Of a stretch of 44,323 bases of DNA, positions 7,279-16,534 are shown in pieces. The notes under the pieces were generated by a model. That model made no database searches. It was not told the origin of the DNA and was given only the letters and a program-made list of their open reading frames with translations. Source of the DNA: Candidatus Saccharimonadota bacterium (GTDB lineage: Bacteria > Patescibacteriota > Saccharimonadia > Saccharimonadales > UBA10212); NCBI GenBank assembly GCA_025934715.1, contig JAICWR010000003.1, forward strand, positions 1-44,323. The letters run 5' to 3'. Position numbers and translations under genes: made by a program. Numbering within the stretch: the first letter of the stretch is position 1; the number at the start of each line of letters is the position of its first letter.

Positions 7279-8699
7279 AGCCGCTGCCAGATCTGGCCGG
7301 CTGGGGTGTCCTTAACCCCGATTTTCTTCTTCGAAAGCTGGTCCCTGAGCTGGTCGGACAGTTGCCAGTTTTGGTCATGCCGGGCCTGTTGGCGCTGTGA
7401 TAGCAATGATTTTTCGTCTTCATTGACATCCTCGCGGCTCGATAAAGATAGTCCCAGCAAGCAGTCGGCCGCTTCTAGCAGCTCTTGAAAGCCCTCATTG
7501 TTGATTCCGTTTTCTTCTGCTTCTGCCACTAAGTCCGATAAAGAGACTAAAGCCGCCGCTGTGTTTAAGTCATCAGCCATCGCCTGCCGCATTTTTCGCA
7601 AGACAGGGCCGTATGCCGGGCCGCCGGCGTTTTGGGCCAACGCCGCCGGCTGGAATTTCAAATCCGCCCAGGCCTGCAGCCGGCGCAGAAAACTTTGAGC
7701 CGCTTCCAGCCCGCTAAAAGTGAAGTTCATTTGTGAGCGATAATGGGCTTGTAAGAACAACAGTCTAAGGGCAAGCGGGTCAAACCCCTTATCGATGAGA
7801 CCTTTAAGGGTGTGGTAATTGCTGTCTGATTTGGACATTTTCCGGCCTTCCGCCAGAAGGTGTTCATTATGGACCCAAAAATTGGCCAGCCTGGTGCCAA
7901 AAGCGGCCTCGGTTTGGGCAATCTCATTGGTGTGGTGGGTGCCGATGTGGTCGACGCCGCCGGTGTGGATATCTATCGGCTCGCCCAGCGTGGCGTGAAT
8001 GATGGCGGAGCACTCCAAATGCCATCCTGGAAAGCCTTTACCCCATGGGCTGTCCCAGCCCATGCTGTGGTTAGCGAACCGGCCGGTGTTGAAGAACCAG
8101 AGCGCGAAATCCTGGGGATGGCGTTTATCCGTGTCCGTGACGACTTCAGGCCGGGCAGCCACTTCTTTGTCCGCTATGTCTTGGCGTGCCAGCCGCCCAT
8201 AATCAGGCAGTTTGCCCACGTCAAAATAGATGGCCTGCTCCGCCGGATAAGCATAGCCTTTATCTAGAAGTGTCTGCACCAGTGATTGCTGGTCATCGAT
8301 GAAATCCGTGGCCCTGGCGTAGGGCGCATGCCGGCCATGATAAGCGTTAGGCGGCAGGATATTCAGCATCGCCGAATCTTTCTCAAATGCATTTATAAAG
8401 GTTTCGGCCACCTCCCAGACGGTCTTGTGCTCCCGCGTCGCGCCGCTCTCCAGCTTATCTTCGCCCTCATCCATGTCGCTAGTCATGTGACCTACATCAG
8501 TGATATTCATCACATGTTTGACCTGGTAACCCTCGGATTCCAGGGTGCGGCGCAGCACATCGTCAAAGACGAACGACCGTAAATTGCCAATGTGGGCATA
8601 GTCGTAAACTGTCGGGCCGCAGGTGTAGAGTTTGACCGCGCCATCATTAATCGGCTGAAACTGTTCGACGGTTCGCGAAAGAGTGTTATATAGCCTCAC
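7275..8699 (-). CDS. cysS: Cysteine--tRNA ligase
   Basis: MRLYNTLSR...LYTCGPTVYDYAHIGNLRSF (HIGH region), a KMSKS motif and WHLECS are all present. Confidence 0.95.
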   Translation of the reverse strand: MRLYNTLSRTVEQFQPINDGAVKLYTCGPTVYDYAHIGNLRSFVFDDVLRRTLESEGYQVKHVMNITDVGHMTSDMDEGEDKLESGATREHKTVWEVAETFINAFEKDSAMLNILPPNAYHGRHAPYARATDFIDDQQSLVQTLLDKGYAYPAEQAIYFDVGKLPDYGRLARQDIADKEVAARPEVVTDTDKRHPQDFALWFFNTGRFANHSMGWDSPWGKGFPGWHLECSAIIHATLGEPIDIHTGGVDHIGTHHTNEIAQTEAAFGTRLANFWVHNEHLLAEGRKMSKSDSNYHTLKGLIDKGFDPLALRLLFLQAHYRSQMNFTFSGLEAAQSFLRRLQAWADLKFQPAALAQNAGGPAYGPVLRKMRQAMADDLNTAAALVSLSDLVAEAEENGINNEGFQELLEAADCLLGLSLSSREDVNEDEKSLLSQRQQARHDQNWQLSDQLRDQLSKKKIGVKDTPAGQIWQRL

Positions 8700-9709
8700 G
8701 GACCCGCCTCGTGCCCGCTCAGCAACTCGCTAGCCACGCTCAGGCACTCTGCTTTTAGCTGGTCGAAGTCGCGGCTATCATTCAGTTTGAAACCGGCAGC
8801 GTAGGGGTGGCCGCCGCCGCCAAAGCGCTCAGCCAGCTTATCAGCGACCCCAAAACCATAATTCGCCCGGATCTTAGCGGTTATTTTGCCTTCATCATAT
8901 AATTTGAAGGCGATTGCCAGCCGGGTTTCTTTTCCCAGGCGCATGTCGTCCAAAACCAACATGGGCGGATTGTACAGTGGGCTGAACTCAACGATCTCGT
9001 TATACGGAATAACAACGCTTGCAATCCGGTTTTGGTCGTGGAATTCAACCCGTTCTAGCAGCCGGCCTTTATAATGGATAAGCTCTGGCTCGCGGCGCAT
9101 TGAATCGCGGCGGGCGCTCTCCAACTCAGCCAGTTTGACGCCTTTTTCGACCAGCTCGGCAAGGATGTGTATGGAGCGGGCGATGGTCGCTTCGGAAGTC
9201 AGGCCGAGGCTGTCGCTTAGAATTCCCACCGCCAGGAACTCGGCCGCCGTGCGGTTAAGCTGCCAGCCCAGCTGTGTTGAAAGTTCATAAATCACTTCGG
9301 TGGTGGCCACCGCCTTATGGACGCAGGTGATTGACGCGAATTTTATGGTTGGTTCTGTGGCGTGGTGGTCGATTATAATACAGGGTTTGGCCGCCAGCCA
9401 GCCCTTCTGGCCGCTTTTTTCGAGCTGCTCCAATAAGCTGTCGCTGCTGGTGTCCACGATTATAGAAAGGTCAAATTGCTTGGGTAGTTCGCTAGTAACT
9501 CTTGAGCTTCCAGGTAAGTAACGCAGATAAGCCGGAATGTCCACACCGCAATACAGTGTGACTTGCTTGCCCCAATCACCCATGATTTCCTCTAGGGCTA
9601 ATGCGCTTGCCAGACTGTCGGCGTCGGGGTTATCAGCCTGCAAAACAACTATATGGCCGGCTTTATCAACGGCCTGTTTAATAGCTGCGGCTTCGGGGTA
9701 ATCGCTCAT
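8696..9709 (-). CDS. DHH/DHHA1 phosphoesterase (NrnA-like oligoribonuclease / pAp phosphatase)
   Basis: DNPDADSLASALAL, IIDHH and the C-terminal GGGGHPYAAGF DHHA1 motif are present. Confidence 0.85.
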   Translation of the reverse strand: MSDYPEAAAIKQAVDKAGHIVVLQADNPDADSLASALALEEIMGDWGKQVTLYCGVDIPAYLRYLPGSSRVTSELPKQFDLSIIVDTSSDSLLEQLEKSGQKGWLAAKPCIIIDHHATEPTIKFASITCVHKAVATTEVIYELSTQLGWQLNRTAAEFLAVGILSDSLGLTSEATIARSIHILAELVEKGVKLAELESARRDSMRREPELIHYKGRLLERVEFHDQNRIASVVIPYNEIVEFSPLYNPPMLVLDDMRLGKETRLAIAFKLYDEGKITAKIRANYGFGVADKLAERFGGGGHPYAAGFKLNDSRDFDQLKAECLSVASELLSGHEAGP

Positions 9710-9740
9710 CTTGCCCCTATTGTAACAAGTAAAAGGTTGA

Positions 9741-10349
9741 TTAGATGCTCTGGCGGCCTTCCAGCGCCCGAGTCAGTGTTATTTGGTCGGCATACTCTAA
9801 ATCGACCCCTACCGGCAGTCCCCGGGCCAAACGGGTGACCTTAAGCTTGCGGCCGCCCACTTTCTGGGTGAGCAGCAAAGCTGTGCTTTCCCCTTCCACG
9901 CTGGCGTTTGTCGCCAAAATCAGCTCTTTCACCTTGTCATCGTCTATCCGGTGTATCAATTCCTCGATATGCAGCTGCTCCGGGCCGACATTATCGATGG
10001 GTGACACCAAGCCCCCCAATACGTGATATGTACCATGGTAGCTGCCGGTTTTTTCAATAGCGACGATGTCAAAAGGGTCGGCGACCACAGCCACTTGCCG
10101 CTTATCGCGGGCGGGGTTGTCATATAAAGGGCTGACCTCTAGCTCGGCGTCAATCAGCGCGAAAGTCTTCGGGCAATACCGGATGCTTTTGTGCAGGCTG
10201 GCCAAGGCACTAGACAGCTGTCCGGCTTTGGCTTGGTCGGCTTTTAATAAGTAATAGGCGTAACGTTCGGCGGTCCGGGGTCCGACACCCGGAAGTTGCT
10301 CCAGAGCCTCGATAAGCTCGCGAAGCGGCTGGGGTATGACAGAGTCCAT
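9741..10349 (-). CDS. recR: Recombination protein RecR
   Basis: LIEALEQLPGVGPRTAERYAYYLL (HhH) and a Toprim segment (ELILATNASVEGESTA) are present. The usual Cys4 zinc finger region appears reduced (IRYCPKTFAL). Confidence 0.9.
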   Translation of the reverse strand: MDSVIPQPLRELIEALEQLPGVGPRTAERYAYYLLKADQAKAGQLSSALASLHKSIRYCPKTFALIDAELEVSPLYDNPARDKRQVAVVADPFDIVAIEKTGSYHGTYHVLGGLVSPIDNVGPEQLHIEELIHRIDDDKVKELILATNASVEGESTALLLTQKVGGRKLKVTRLARGLPVGVDLEYADQITLTRALEGRQSI

Positions 10350-10356
10350 AAAAGGC

Positions 10357-10650
10357 TTATAGGCCTAGATTGCCAAGCGATCCCATCAGAGGCTGCATCT
10401 TTTCGGCGGCCACTTTCTGGCTCTGGTTGATCGCTTCTTTAACGGCTTCTTCTATCCACATTTCCAACTGGCCGATATCTTCGAGATCGACGCTGTCGCG
10501 GTCTATGTGGATTTTTTTGATTTTTTGCTCGCCGGTGATTTCGACGCTGACGGCGCCGTCGCCGGCCTCCACTGTGATGATCTCCCGCTGCAGCTCTTTC
10601 TGCATTTTGCGTGCCTGCATAACCAACTTAGCCTGGTCGTATTTACTCAC
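10357..10650 (-). CDS. YbaB/EbfC nucleoid-associated protein
   Basis: 97 aa. MQKELQREIITVEAGDGAVSVEITGEQKIKKIHID matches the YbaB family, and the gene lies next to recR as usual. Confidence 0.9.
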   Translation of the reverse strand: MSKYDQAKLVMQARKMQKELQREIITVEAGDGAVSVEITGEQKIKKIHIDRDSVDLEDIGQLEMWIEEAVKEAINQSQKVAAEKMQPLMGSLGNLGL

Positions 10651-10672
10651 TGCCTGCCTCCTTCCAGTCCTG

Positions 10673-11878
10673 TTATTTTATCACGTAGGTGTCACGGGTA
10701 GCCACGCTGTCAGGCCAAGCTACCAAAGCGTATCTTATTCCAAACAACATCTGCACGGCGCCTATTAGGGCGATGAGCACTATGGCTAAATATTTGGCTG
10801 CAGGGTTTCTTGGGAAAACCCCCCGCCATTCCACATATAAATAACGAAGCCCTGTGGCGATAAACAGACCAGCTGCCGGGAAACCTAGCAGCAGCAGGCT
10901 GATATTGTCATTTAAGCCCGCAGCCACCGATGCGAAGGCCATAGCGGCCACCAATGCCCAAGCTTTATTTCTAGCGGCCTTAAACAGCGCGTAGGCGCCA
11001 AAAACTAGTAAAGCCGCCTGCACGATATTAAATAAAGGCAGACGGTCTATGATAAGCGGGCTGTGGAAAGGCGTTTTCACAAACCAGGCTGACCCCATCC
11101 AGCCGATATTTTTCAGCTCGCCAACAATTGATTGCCAGTGGCCCGGAACTAGCGCCAAGGGTTTTATAAGCTGCCAATCCAGGGCAATAGCCAGCACCAA
11201 TGGCGCCGCGAGTACCACCCCCGCAATAAAACTTATATATAGCTTTGGCGCCGGCACCGATTGGAAGGCTTCCCCTAGTTTTTTCCGCCCGACTATCGCG
11301 GCGCCAGCCAACCACCAGACCATACCGGGTATATATAAAGTCAAAGCGCTGAATACTATTAGTGACGGTAAGGCCAAAGAGGTCTCTGATGAAGGCCGGC
11401 CCAGCCGTGAGTGAATCGCCATGATAAGGATTGGCGCGGCCAGCATGATTTCAGCCGATGACTGGCGTCCGGCAATCAAAAACAGCGGTGTGGCTGCCCA
11501 AATGACTGCGCCGACCAAACCGATAACGTTGCCAAACATGGACCTAGCTAGGCTGAAAAAGGCGGCGACCCAGACCAAGTACCAGATAACTGAGCTGAGC
11601 CGGGTCCAAAAGAGATGGGCGCCGACTTTACTAAGCACGAAGCTGAGAATATCATGTGGCGCGCTAAGCGGGTTTTCGCTTATGGAGTGGAAGGAGCGGC
11701 TATGGATGACGGCAGCATTCTCTAATGGGCTGGCGCCTCCCGGCTGGCTGCCCAAGTGGATTAATAAGATTACCAATACAATAGTAGCCCCAAGCCAATA
11801 GAATAATTTTTGGCGGCTTAAAAGTCGTCCGGCCGATAGGCCAGCTAAGACCCCAGGCATATGTCTAGAGTATATCAA
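10673..11878 (-). CDS. Polytopic membrane protein of unknown function (possibly GT-C/ArnT-like)
   Basis: A ~400-aa ORF with about 10 or more hydrophobic helices. It is wedged between dnaB and ybaB. No catalytic motif was recognised with confidence. Confidence 0.55.
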   Translation of the reverse strand: MIYSRHMPGVLAGLSAGRLLSRQKLFYWLGATIVLVILLIHLGSQPGGASPLENAAVIHSRSFHSISENPLSAPHDILSFVLSKVGAHLFWTRLSSVIWYLVWVAAFFSLARSMFGNVIGLVGAVIWAATPLFLIAGRQSSAEIMLAAPILIMAIHSRLGRPSSETSLALPSLIVFSALTLYIPGMVWWLAGAAIVGRKKLGEAFQSVPAPKLYISFIAGVVLAAPLVLAIALDWQLIKPLALVPGHWQSIVGELKNIGWMGSAWFVKTPFHSPLIIDRLPLFNIVQAALLVFGAYALFKAARNKAWALVAAMAFASVAAGLNDNISLLLLGFPAAGLFIATGLRYLYVEWRGVFPRNPAAKYLAIVLIALIGAVQMLFGIRYALVAWPDSVATRDTYVIK

Positions 11879-11893
11879 AATCGCTAACGGTCA

Positions 11894-13255
11894 CTATTGA
11901 AAGGGTTGTTGGTGGCGGATATCCAAGTCCCGGAACTTTTGCTTGTCACGGTCAAAGAATATTTTTAAGTTTGCGGTGGGCCCATTGCGGTGCTTTTTGA
12001 TGTGCAGTTCCGTGATGTTAGGATCGGCATTTTCATCGTAATAATTTTGCCGGTAGATGAACGCCACTATGTCGGCGTCTTGTTCGATGGAGCCTGATTC
12101 GCGCAGATCGGCAAGCTGGGGTATTGGCGGATTTCGGCTTTCGACTGATCGGCTCAGCTGGCTGGCCGCCACAATCGGCACATTCAATTCGCGGGCTAAA
12201 ATTTTTAAACTGCGGCTGATTTCCGATATCTCCTGCACGCGGTTAGCCGTGGCCGCAAACCGTGAACCGCCGCTCATCAGCTGCAAGTAATCGACGAAGA
12301 TAGCGGCTAAGGGGTGGCGGTGATGCAGACGCCGGGCCTTGGTCCTAAGGTCGCTGACCGTTATTCCGGATGTGTCGTCGATAAAAATCGGCGCCTCGGC
12401 CAGCTCACCCATGGCGGCACTTAGCCGTTCAAAGTCCTTGTCATTAAGGCCTTCGCCGGTGCGCAGTTTCCAGGCATCCACGCCGGCTTCAGCTGCCAGC
12501 AACCTGTCCACAAGCTGTTCCTTGCTCATCTCTAAGCTGAAATATAGCACCGAGCCGTTTTTATTTTCAGTGGCGATATTCAGGGCTATATTAAGCATCA
12601 GCGCTGTTTTGCCCATGGACGGCCGGGCGGCTATGACGACCAGATCTGACCGCTGCAGGCCCGCTAAAAGTTTGTCCATGTCCTTAAGCCCTGTAGAGAT
12701 GCCCCTTATTCCGCCCTTATTGCGATGGAGGTCGTCCAGTCGGTCAAAGCTGTCGCCCAGGATCGACTCCAGGCTGGTGATATCCTGCTTGACATGTTTT
12801 TGGCTGACATCAAACAGCCGTGTCTCAGCTTCTTCGATAAGCTCTTGCAGGCTTTTATTCTCGTCGAAACTGACGGTTACGATGTCCTGCGAGGCGTCTA
12901 TTAGGCGCCGCCTGATGGACTTATCAGCCACAATCTCGGCATATTGCTCAAGGTGGGCCGCCGTGGGGACAGTGTTAGTCAGCTCTGTCAAATAAGCGGC
13001 TCCGCCAACCAAGTCTAATCTTGATTCGCTCTTTAGCTGCTCGCTTATGGTCAGGATATCGATTGGGCTATGTTTGTCGTGAAGAGTCCGCATCGAGGCG
13101 AAAATCATCGAGTGCTTCTTATCGAAAAAATCCTCGGCCTGCAACACATCGCTGATTTTCAGAAAAGATTCACCGTCAATCAGTAAACTGCCGAGCAGGC
13201 TGGCTTCGACATCGATATTTTGCGGTAAGCTGGTGGTGTTTGCTGAATGGGCCAT
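11894..13255 (-). CDS. dnaB: Replicative DNA helicase DnaB
   Basis: N-terminal DnaB domain (NIDVEASLLGSLLID), Walker A ARPSMGKTA, Walker B FVDYLQLM and a RecA-like C-terminus. No intein is present. Confidence 0.95.
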   Translation of the reverse strand: MAHSANTTSLPQNIDVEASLLGSLLIDGESFLKISDVLQAEDFFDKKHSMIFASMRTLHDKHSPIDILTISEQLKSESRLDLVGGAAYLTELTNTVPTAAHLEQYAEIVADKSIRRRLIDASQDIVTVSFDENKSLQELIEEAETRLFDVSQKHVKQDITSLESILGDSFDRLDDLHRNKGGIRGISTGLKDMDKLLAGLQRSDLVVIAARPSMGKTALMLNIALNIATENKNGSVLYFSLEMSKEQLVDRLLAAEAGVDAWKLRTGEGLNDKDFERLSAAMGELAEAPIFIDDTSGITVSDLRTKARRLHHRHPLAAIFVDYLQLMSGGSRFAATANRVQEISEISRSLKILARELNVPIVAASQLSRSVESRNPPIPQLADLRESGSIEQDADIVAFIYRQNYYDENADPNITELHIKKHRNGPTANLKIFFDRDKQKFRDLDIRHQQPFQ

Positions 13256-13259
13256 ACTT

Positions 13260-14690
13260 TTATGATTCTAATACTTCGGAGCCGCCAAAGATATTGTTTA
13301 TGGATGCCAGCTGGCCGCCATTCTCATTATCAGGTCGGATATCTTCTGCCTCAGCTTGGGGAAAGGCCTCTTTGTCGACCACGCAGCGGATAGGCACCTT
13401 GAGGCCAAAGATCTCATCTATGATTGATGCCACCAGCTGTTTATTTTCAGCCTTCTCCAACTTCTTCTGGTGTAGGGGAAATTCGAACTTCAGTGTTAAG
13501 ACGCCATCACTGAATTCCGGTACGGCCAAGCGGAGCGCCGTATAAATAGAGGCGGCTTTATGCTTGGAGCGTTCCACGACTTCAGCCCATCTGCCGGCGG
13601 GGAAATCCGCATCTTTGATGGTGTTGGATGGCTTCTCATGATGGCTCGCAGCTTTTTTAACTTCTTTGGGGCCAGTTTCTGGTTTGGTCTCTTGACTCGC
13701 CTCTGGCGGCGGGGGCGTATCCGCTGAAGAAGTATCCTGGTGCTTTTGGCCGGCTTCCAGGACGATTATCTCTAAATAATCATAGGGTCTGGAGCTGGCG
13801 GGAACTTCCAGCAGTTGTTTTAGCAGGTCTATCGTTGGCTGGTCAGCCTGCCCTTCGGACAATTGAACTCTGATTTTAGCGGCTAAAGCGGCGGCAACCT
13901 GGGCAGCGTCAACCCCTTGCTCACGAATAGACCGCAAACAGTCTAAAATGGCGCTTAGATCGCCTGTGCGCATACTGGAAATGAGACGGCTAATCTCGCC
14001 CTTAGACGGCAGGCCGAGTAAGGTACGGACATCCGCGGCGGTGATAGTGCCCCCATTGGAACTCAATTGGTCAAGATAGCTGATGCTGTCTCGGAAGCTG
14101 CCCTGACCGAAATCGGCCAGCAGTTCCAGAGCGCTGGTTTCAATATTGATTTTTTCACGCTTGGCGAGGCTGCCAAGGTGCGCAGCTGCCTCCGATGGGC
14201 CGATGGGCTTGAACTCAAACCGCTGGGTGCGGCTGACGATGGTCTCGGGTAATTTATGGGCTTCTGTAGTGGCTAAAATAAATATGCAATGGGCGGGCGG
14301 TTCCTCAAGCGTCTTGAGTAAAGCATTGAAGGCTTCGCGTGTCAGCATGTGCACCTCGTCGATGATATAAACCTTATATCTGGCGCTGGACGGTGCCACC
14401 CGGACCCTCTCCCGTAACTCGCGGATTTCATCTATCCGGCGGTTGCTAGCGGCATCGATCTCAATAATGTCAAGGTGGATGGATTCGTCCTTATAGGGCA
14501 GCTGGTTCACCTCGTGGGCTAAAATCCGCGCCACGCTGGTTTTGCCGACCCCCCGCGGGCCAGTGAATAGATAGGCGTGGCTAATCCGGCCGCTTTTAAT
14601 AGCCGACTTGAGCGTTTTGGTGATATGCTCCTGCCCGACCACCTCATCGAACGACCTGGAGCGGTATTTCCTATATAGCGCTTGCCTCAT
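13260..14690 (-). CDS. dnaX: DNA polymerase III subunit gamma/tau
   Basis: YRKYRSRSFDEVVGQEHI, GPRGVGKTS (P-loop), IIDEVHML and the sensor SRTQRFEF are present. Confidence 0.95.
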   Translation of the reverse strand: MRQALYRKYRSRSFDEVVGQEHITKTLKSAIKSGRISHAYLFTGPRGVGKTSVARILAHEVNQLPYKDESIHLDIIEIDAASNRRIDEIRELRERVRVAPSSARYKVYIIDEVHMLTREAFNALLKTLEEPPAHCIFILATTEAHKLPETIVSRTQRFEFKPIGPSEAAAHLGSLAKREKINIETSALELLADFGQGSFRDSISYLDQLSSNGGTITAADVRTLLGLPSKGEISRLISSMRTGDLSAILDCLRSIREQGVDAAQVAAALAAKIRVQLSEGQADQPTIDLLKQLLEVPASSRPYDYLEIIVLEAGQKHQDTSSADTPPPPEASQETKPETGPKEVKKAASHHEKPSNTIKDADFPAGRWAEVVERSKHKAASIYTALRLAVPEFSDGVLTLKFEFPLHQKKLEKAENKQLVASIIDEIFGLKVPIRCVVDKEAFPQAEAEDIRPDNENGGQLASINNIFGGSEVLES

Positions 14691-14754
14691 CCCTACACCA
14701 ATTATACCGCCAGACGATGCCAGAGCCCTGTTGTGATTTAACCTATCGGGTGGG

Positions 14755-15267
14755 CTAAAGAGCCGCCTCTAAAGCGGCCCATTCAGCTTCCACTGAGTCA
14801 TCCGCTGGAATATTGACGCTAACTTGGTCGCCTGGTTTGGCTTTAAAGTAGGTGACGCTTGCCAGCAGCACGCGGTACTGCTTATCGTCGACCTCCACGT
14901 AATAGTGTCCGTCTTTTTGATTAAGCACGCCCACGACTTGCTTGCGCGGGATCGGGCCGATCTGCTTATACATGAAGGCGCCGTCATCGGCTATAGTCAG
15001 CTTTAAGATATCGCCCTGGACCAGCTTTGATTTGCTGGCGTAGTTAGCGGGCACAGGGTAGGTTTTAGCGTCCGAGCCGACCATGTTTTGGCCGTCAAAA
15101 ACCCCCTCGATGACCTTACCCAAGGCCTTATCTTTGACTTTCTCCGTCAAAACCGGGTCTTCACCCACTAAACTGATGAGCAGCTCTTTGGTAGCTGCTA
15201 AAGCTGTTTCAGCCTCAGCAATTAAAGCCCTAAGCCGTTTTATCTGTTTCTCTGGTATATCTGCCAT
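14755..15267 (-). CDS. Hypothetical protein (N-terminal helix plus beta-rich C-terminal region)
   Basis: A 170-aa ORF with host-like composition lying between rplL and dnaX. I recognise no family. Confidence 0.6.
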   Translation of the reverse strand: MADIPEKQIKRLRALIAEAETALAATKELLISLVGEDPVLTEKVKDKALGKVIEGVFDGQNMVGSDAKTYPVPANYASKSKLVQGDILKLTIADDGAFMYKQIGPIPRKQVVGVLNQKDGHYYVEVDDKQYRVLLASVTYFKAKPGDQVSVNIPADDSVEAEWAALEAAL

Positions 15268-15385
15268 TTATTTTGCTTTCCTCAACCTCTCTATAGGTAT
15301 TTGTTTGCCCTATATTCTTTCCAAAACGTACCACAGTGCGCCTGATAAGTCAAAGCGGGCTTTTAAACGCTTGTGGAAAAAACTC

Positions 15386-15769
15386 TTAAGATAGCTCTAC
15401 GGTCGCGCCAGCGGCCTCAAGAGCCTTCTGGGCTTCCTCGGCTTCTTCTTTGCTAACCTTCTCTTTGACGGCCTTGGGCGCGCTGTCAACGATAGCCTTG
15501 GCTTCACCTAAGCCTAAGCCGGTGATGTCCTTGACCGCTTTGATGACGGCTACCTTCTGGGCGCCGGCGTCTTTAAGCATGACGTCGTATTCGCTTTTCT
15601 CTTCAGCGGCTTCACCGCCTTCGGTGCCGCCAGCAGCCGGACCAGCGACGGCTGCCACTGCGGCGGCCGGCTCAATACCGTACTCGTCTTTTAGGACGGT
15701 CTTTAGTTCGTTTACTTCCAAAACCGTGAGCTTGGTCAGCTCTTCGGCCAGTTTCTTTACATCTGCCAT
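15386..15769 (-). CDS. rplL: 50S ribosomal protein L7/L12
   Basis: [22 protein letters not shown]..., an Ala/Gly/Glu hinge, and [24 protein letters not shown]. Confidence 0.95.
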   Translation of the reverse strand: MADVKKLAEELTKLTVLEVNELKTVLKDEYGIEPAAAVAAVAGPAAGGTEGGEAAEEKSEYDVMLKDAGAQKVAVIKAVKDITGLGLGEAKAIVDSAPKAVKEKVSKEEAEEAQKALEAAGATVELS

Positions 15770-15788
15770 GAATATTCTCCTTAGTTAT

Positions 15789-16310
15789 TTAAGATGCTTT
15801 GGCGCTTACAGCGTCCAGCAAGCCGTGCAGGTTGCCCGAAAGCGCGTTGGTAACTTCGTTAACGGGACCTAGCAGCATTGCTACCGTTTCAGCGATAAGC
15901 TGGTTCTTGCCCGGCAGGCTTGCCAGGACTTTTACTTCTTCGGCTGACAGCAGCTGGCCTTCTTTGGTCAGCGCGCCTACGAATTCTATCTGCGGCTCGG
16001 TTTTGGCAAACTGGGCCAGGCTTTGGGCCGGGGCGACTTCGTCTTCACTGCTGAAGGCGTAAATCAGCTGGCCGCTCAAAGCGGACAGATCAGTGTCTTT
16101 AAAGCGTTCATCGCCGCTGGCCGCCTTTTTAAACAGGCGGTTTTTGACGACCATCACTTTAGTGTCGTTATCGCGCGAATCTTTGCGCAGCTGCTGCATA
16201 GATTTAACCGATGTGCCCTGGTATTTGGCCACGACCGTCAGTTTGCTGTCTTTTAGCAGCTCTGCAACTTCGTCAACGACTTCGGCTTTCTTATCTTTAC
16301 TTAGAGCCAT
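15789..16310 (-). CDS. rplJ: 50S ribosomal protein L10
   Basis: 173 aa. The L10 pattern is present (LTVVAKYQGTSVKSMQQLRK...), the gene is directly upstream of rplL, and an AAGGGAG Shine-Dalgarno precedes the ATG. Confidence 0.95.
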   Translation of the reverse strand: MALSKDKKAEVVDEVAELLKDSKLTVVAKYQGTSVKSMQQLRKDSRDNDTKVMVVKNRLFKKAASGDERFKDTDLSALSGQLIYAFSSEDEVAPAQSLAQFAKTEPQIEFVGALTKEGQLLSAEEVKVLASLPGKNQLIAETVAMLLGPVNEVTNALSGNLHGLLDAVSAKAS

Positions 16311-16465
16311 AAAACTCCCTTATTTACTTGTATCGACCTTGCTTGAGCTAATAAAAACGGCCCATTTGGGCCAAGAGATTCAGAAATCCTAAAATAGACT
16401 TCTTTCACCTAGGTAGCAGATTAAGCAACTTTCGTCGCGGCTACTGTCTCCGGCTCAAGTTCCAG
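16311..16465 (-). promoter_or_regulatory. rplJ 5' leader with terminator-like attenuator hairpin (L10-leader-like)
   Basis: The minus strand reads GGCCC-AAAT-GGGCC followed by GTTTTTAT (hairpin at 16359-16372, T-run at 16354-16358). This lies about 45 nt upstream of the rplJ ATG and downstream of the predicted promoter. Confidence 0.4.
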
Positions 16466-16497
16466 ATTATAATAGCAAAATCTACCCTGTTAATCAA
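16466..16497 (-). promoter_or_regulatory. Putative sigma70 promoter of rplJL
   Basis: Minus strand: TTGATT (16492-16497), a 17-nt spacer, then TATTAT (16469-16474), which overlaps a TATAAT at 16466-16471. Confidence 0.45.
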
Positions 16498-16534
16498 TAG
16501 ACTGACTTTGACTTTTAATATTTGACGCGTTGAA

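Noticed and set aside
13653-13658. A possible dnaX gamma/tau frameshift site. An A6G run (GTT AAA AAA GCT on the minus strand) lies about two-thirds into dnaX, and the -1 frame hits TGA five codons later.
   Set aside because: The A-run is not in the canonical X XXY YYZ register, only six As are present, and no downstream stimulatory hairpin or upstream SD-like element is evident. A chance occurrence is likely. It would need mass spectrometry or ribosome profiling to revive the idea.
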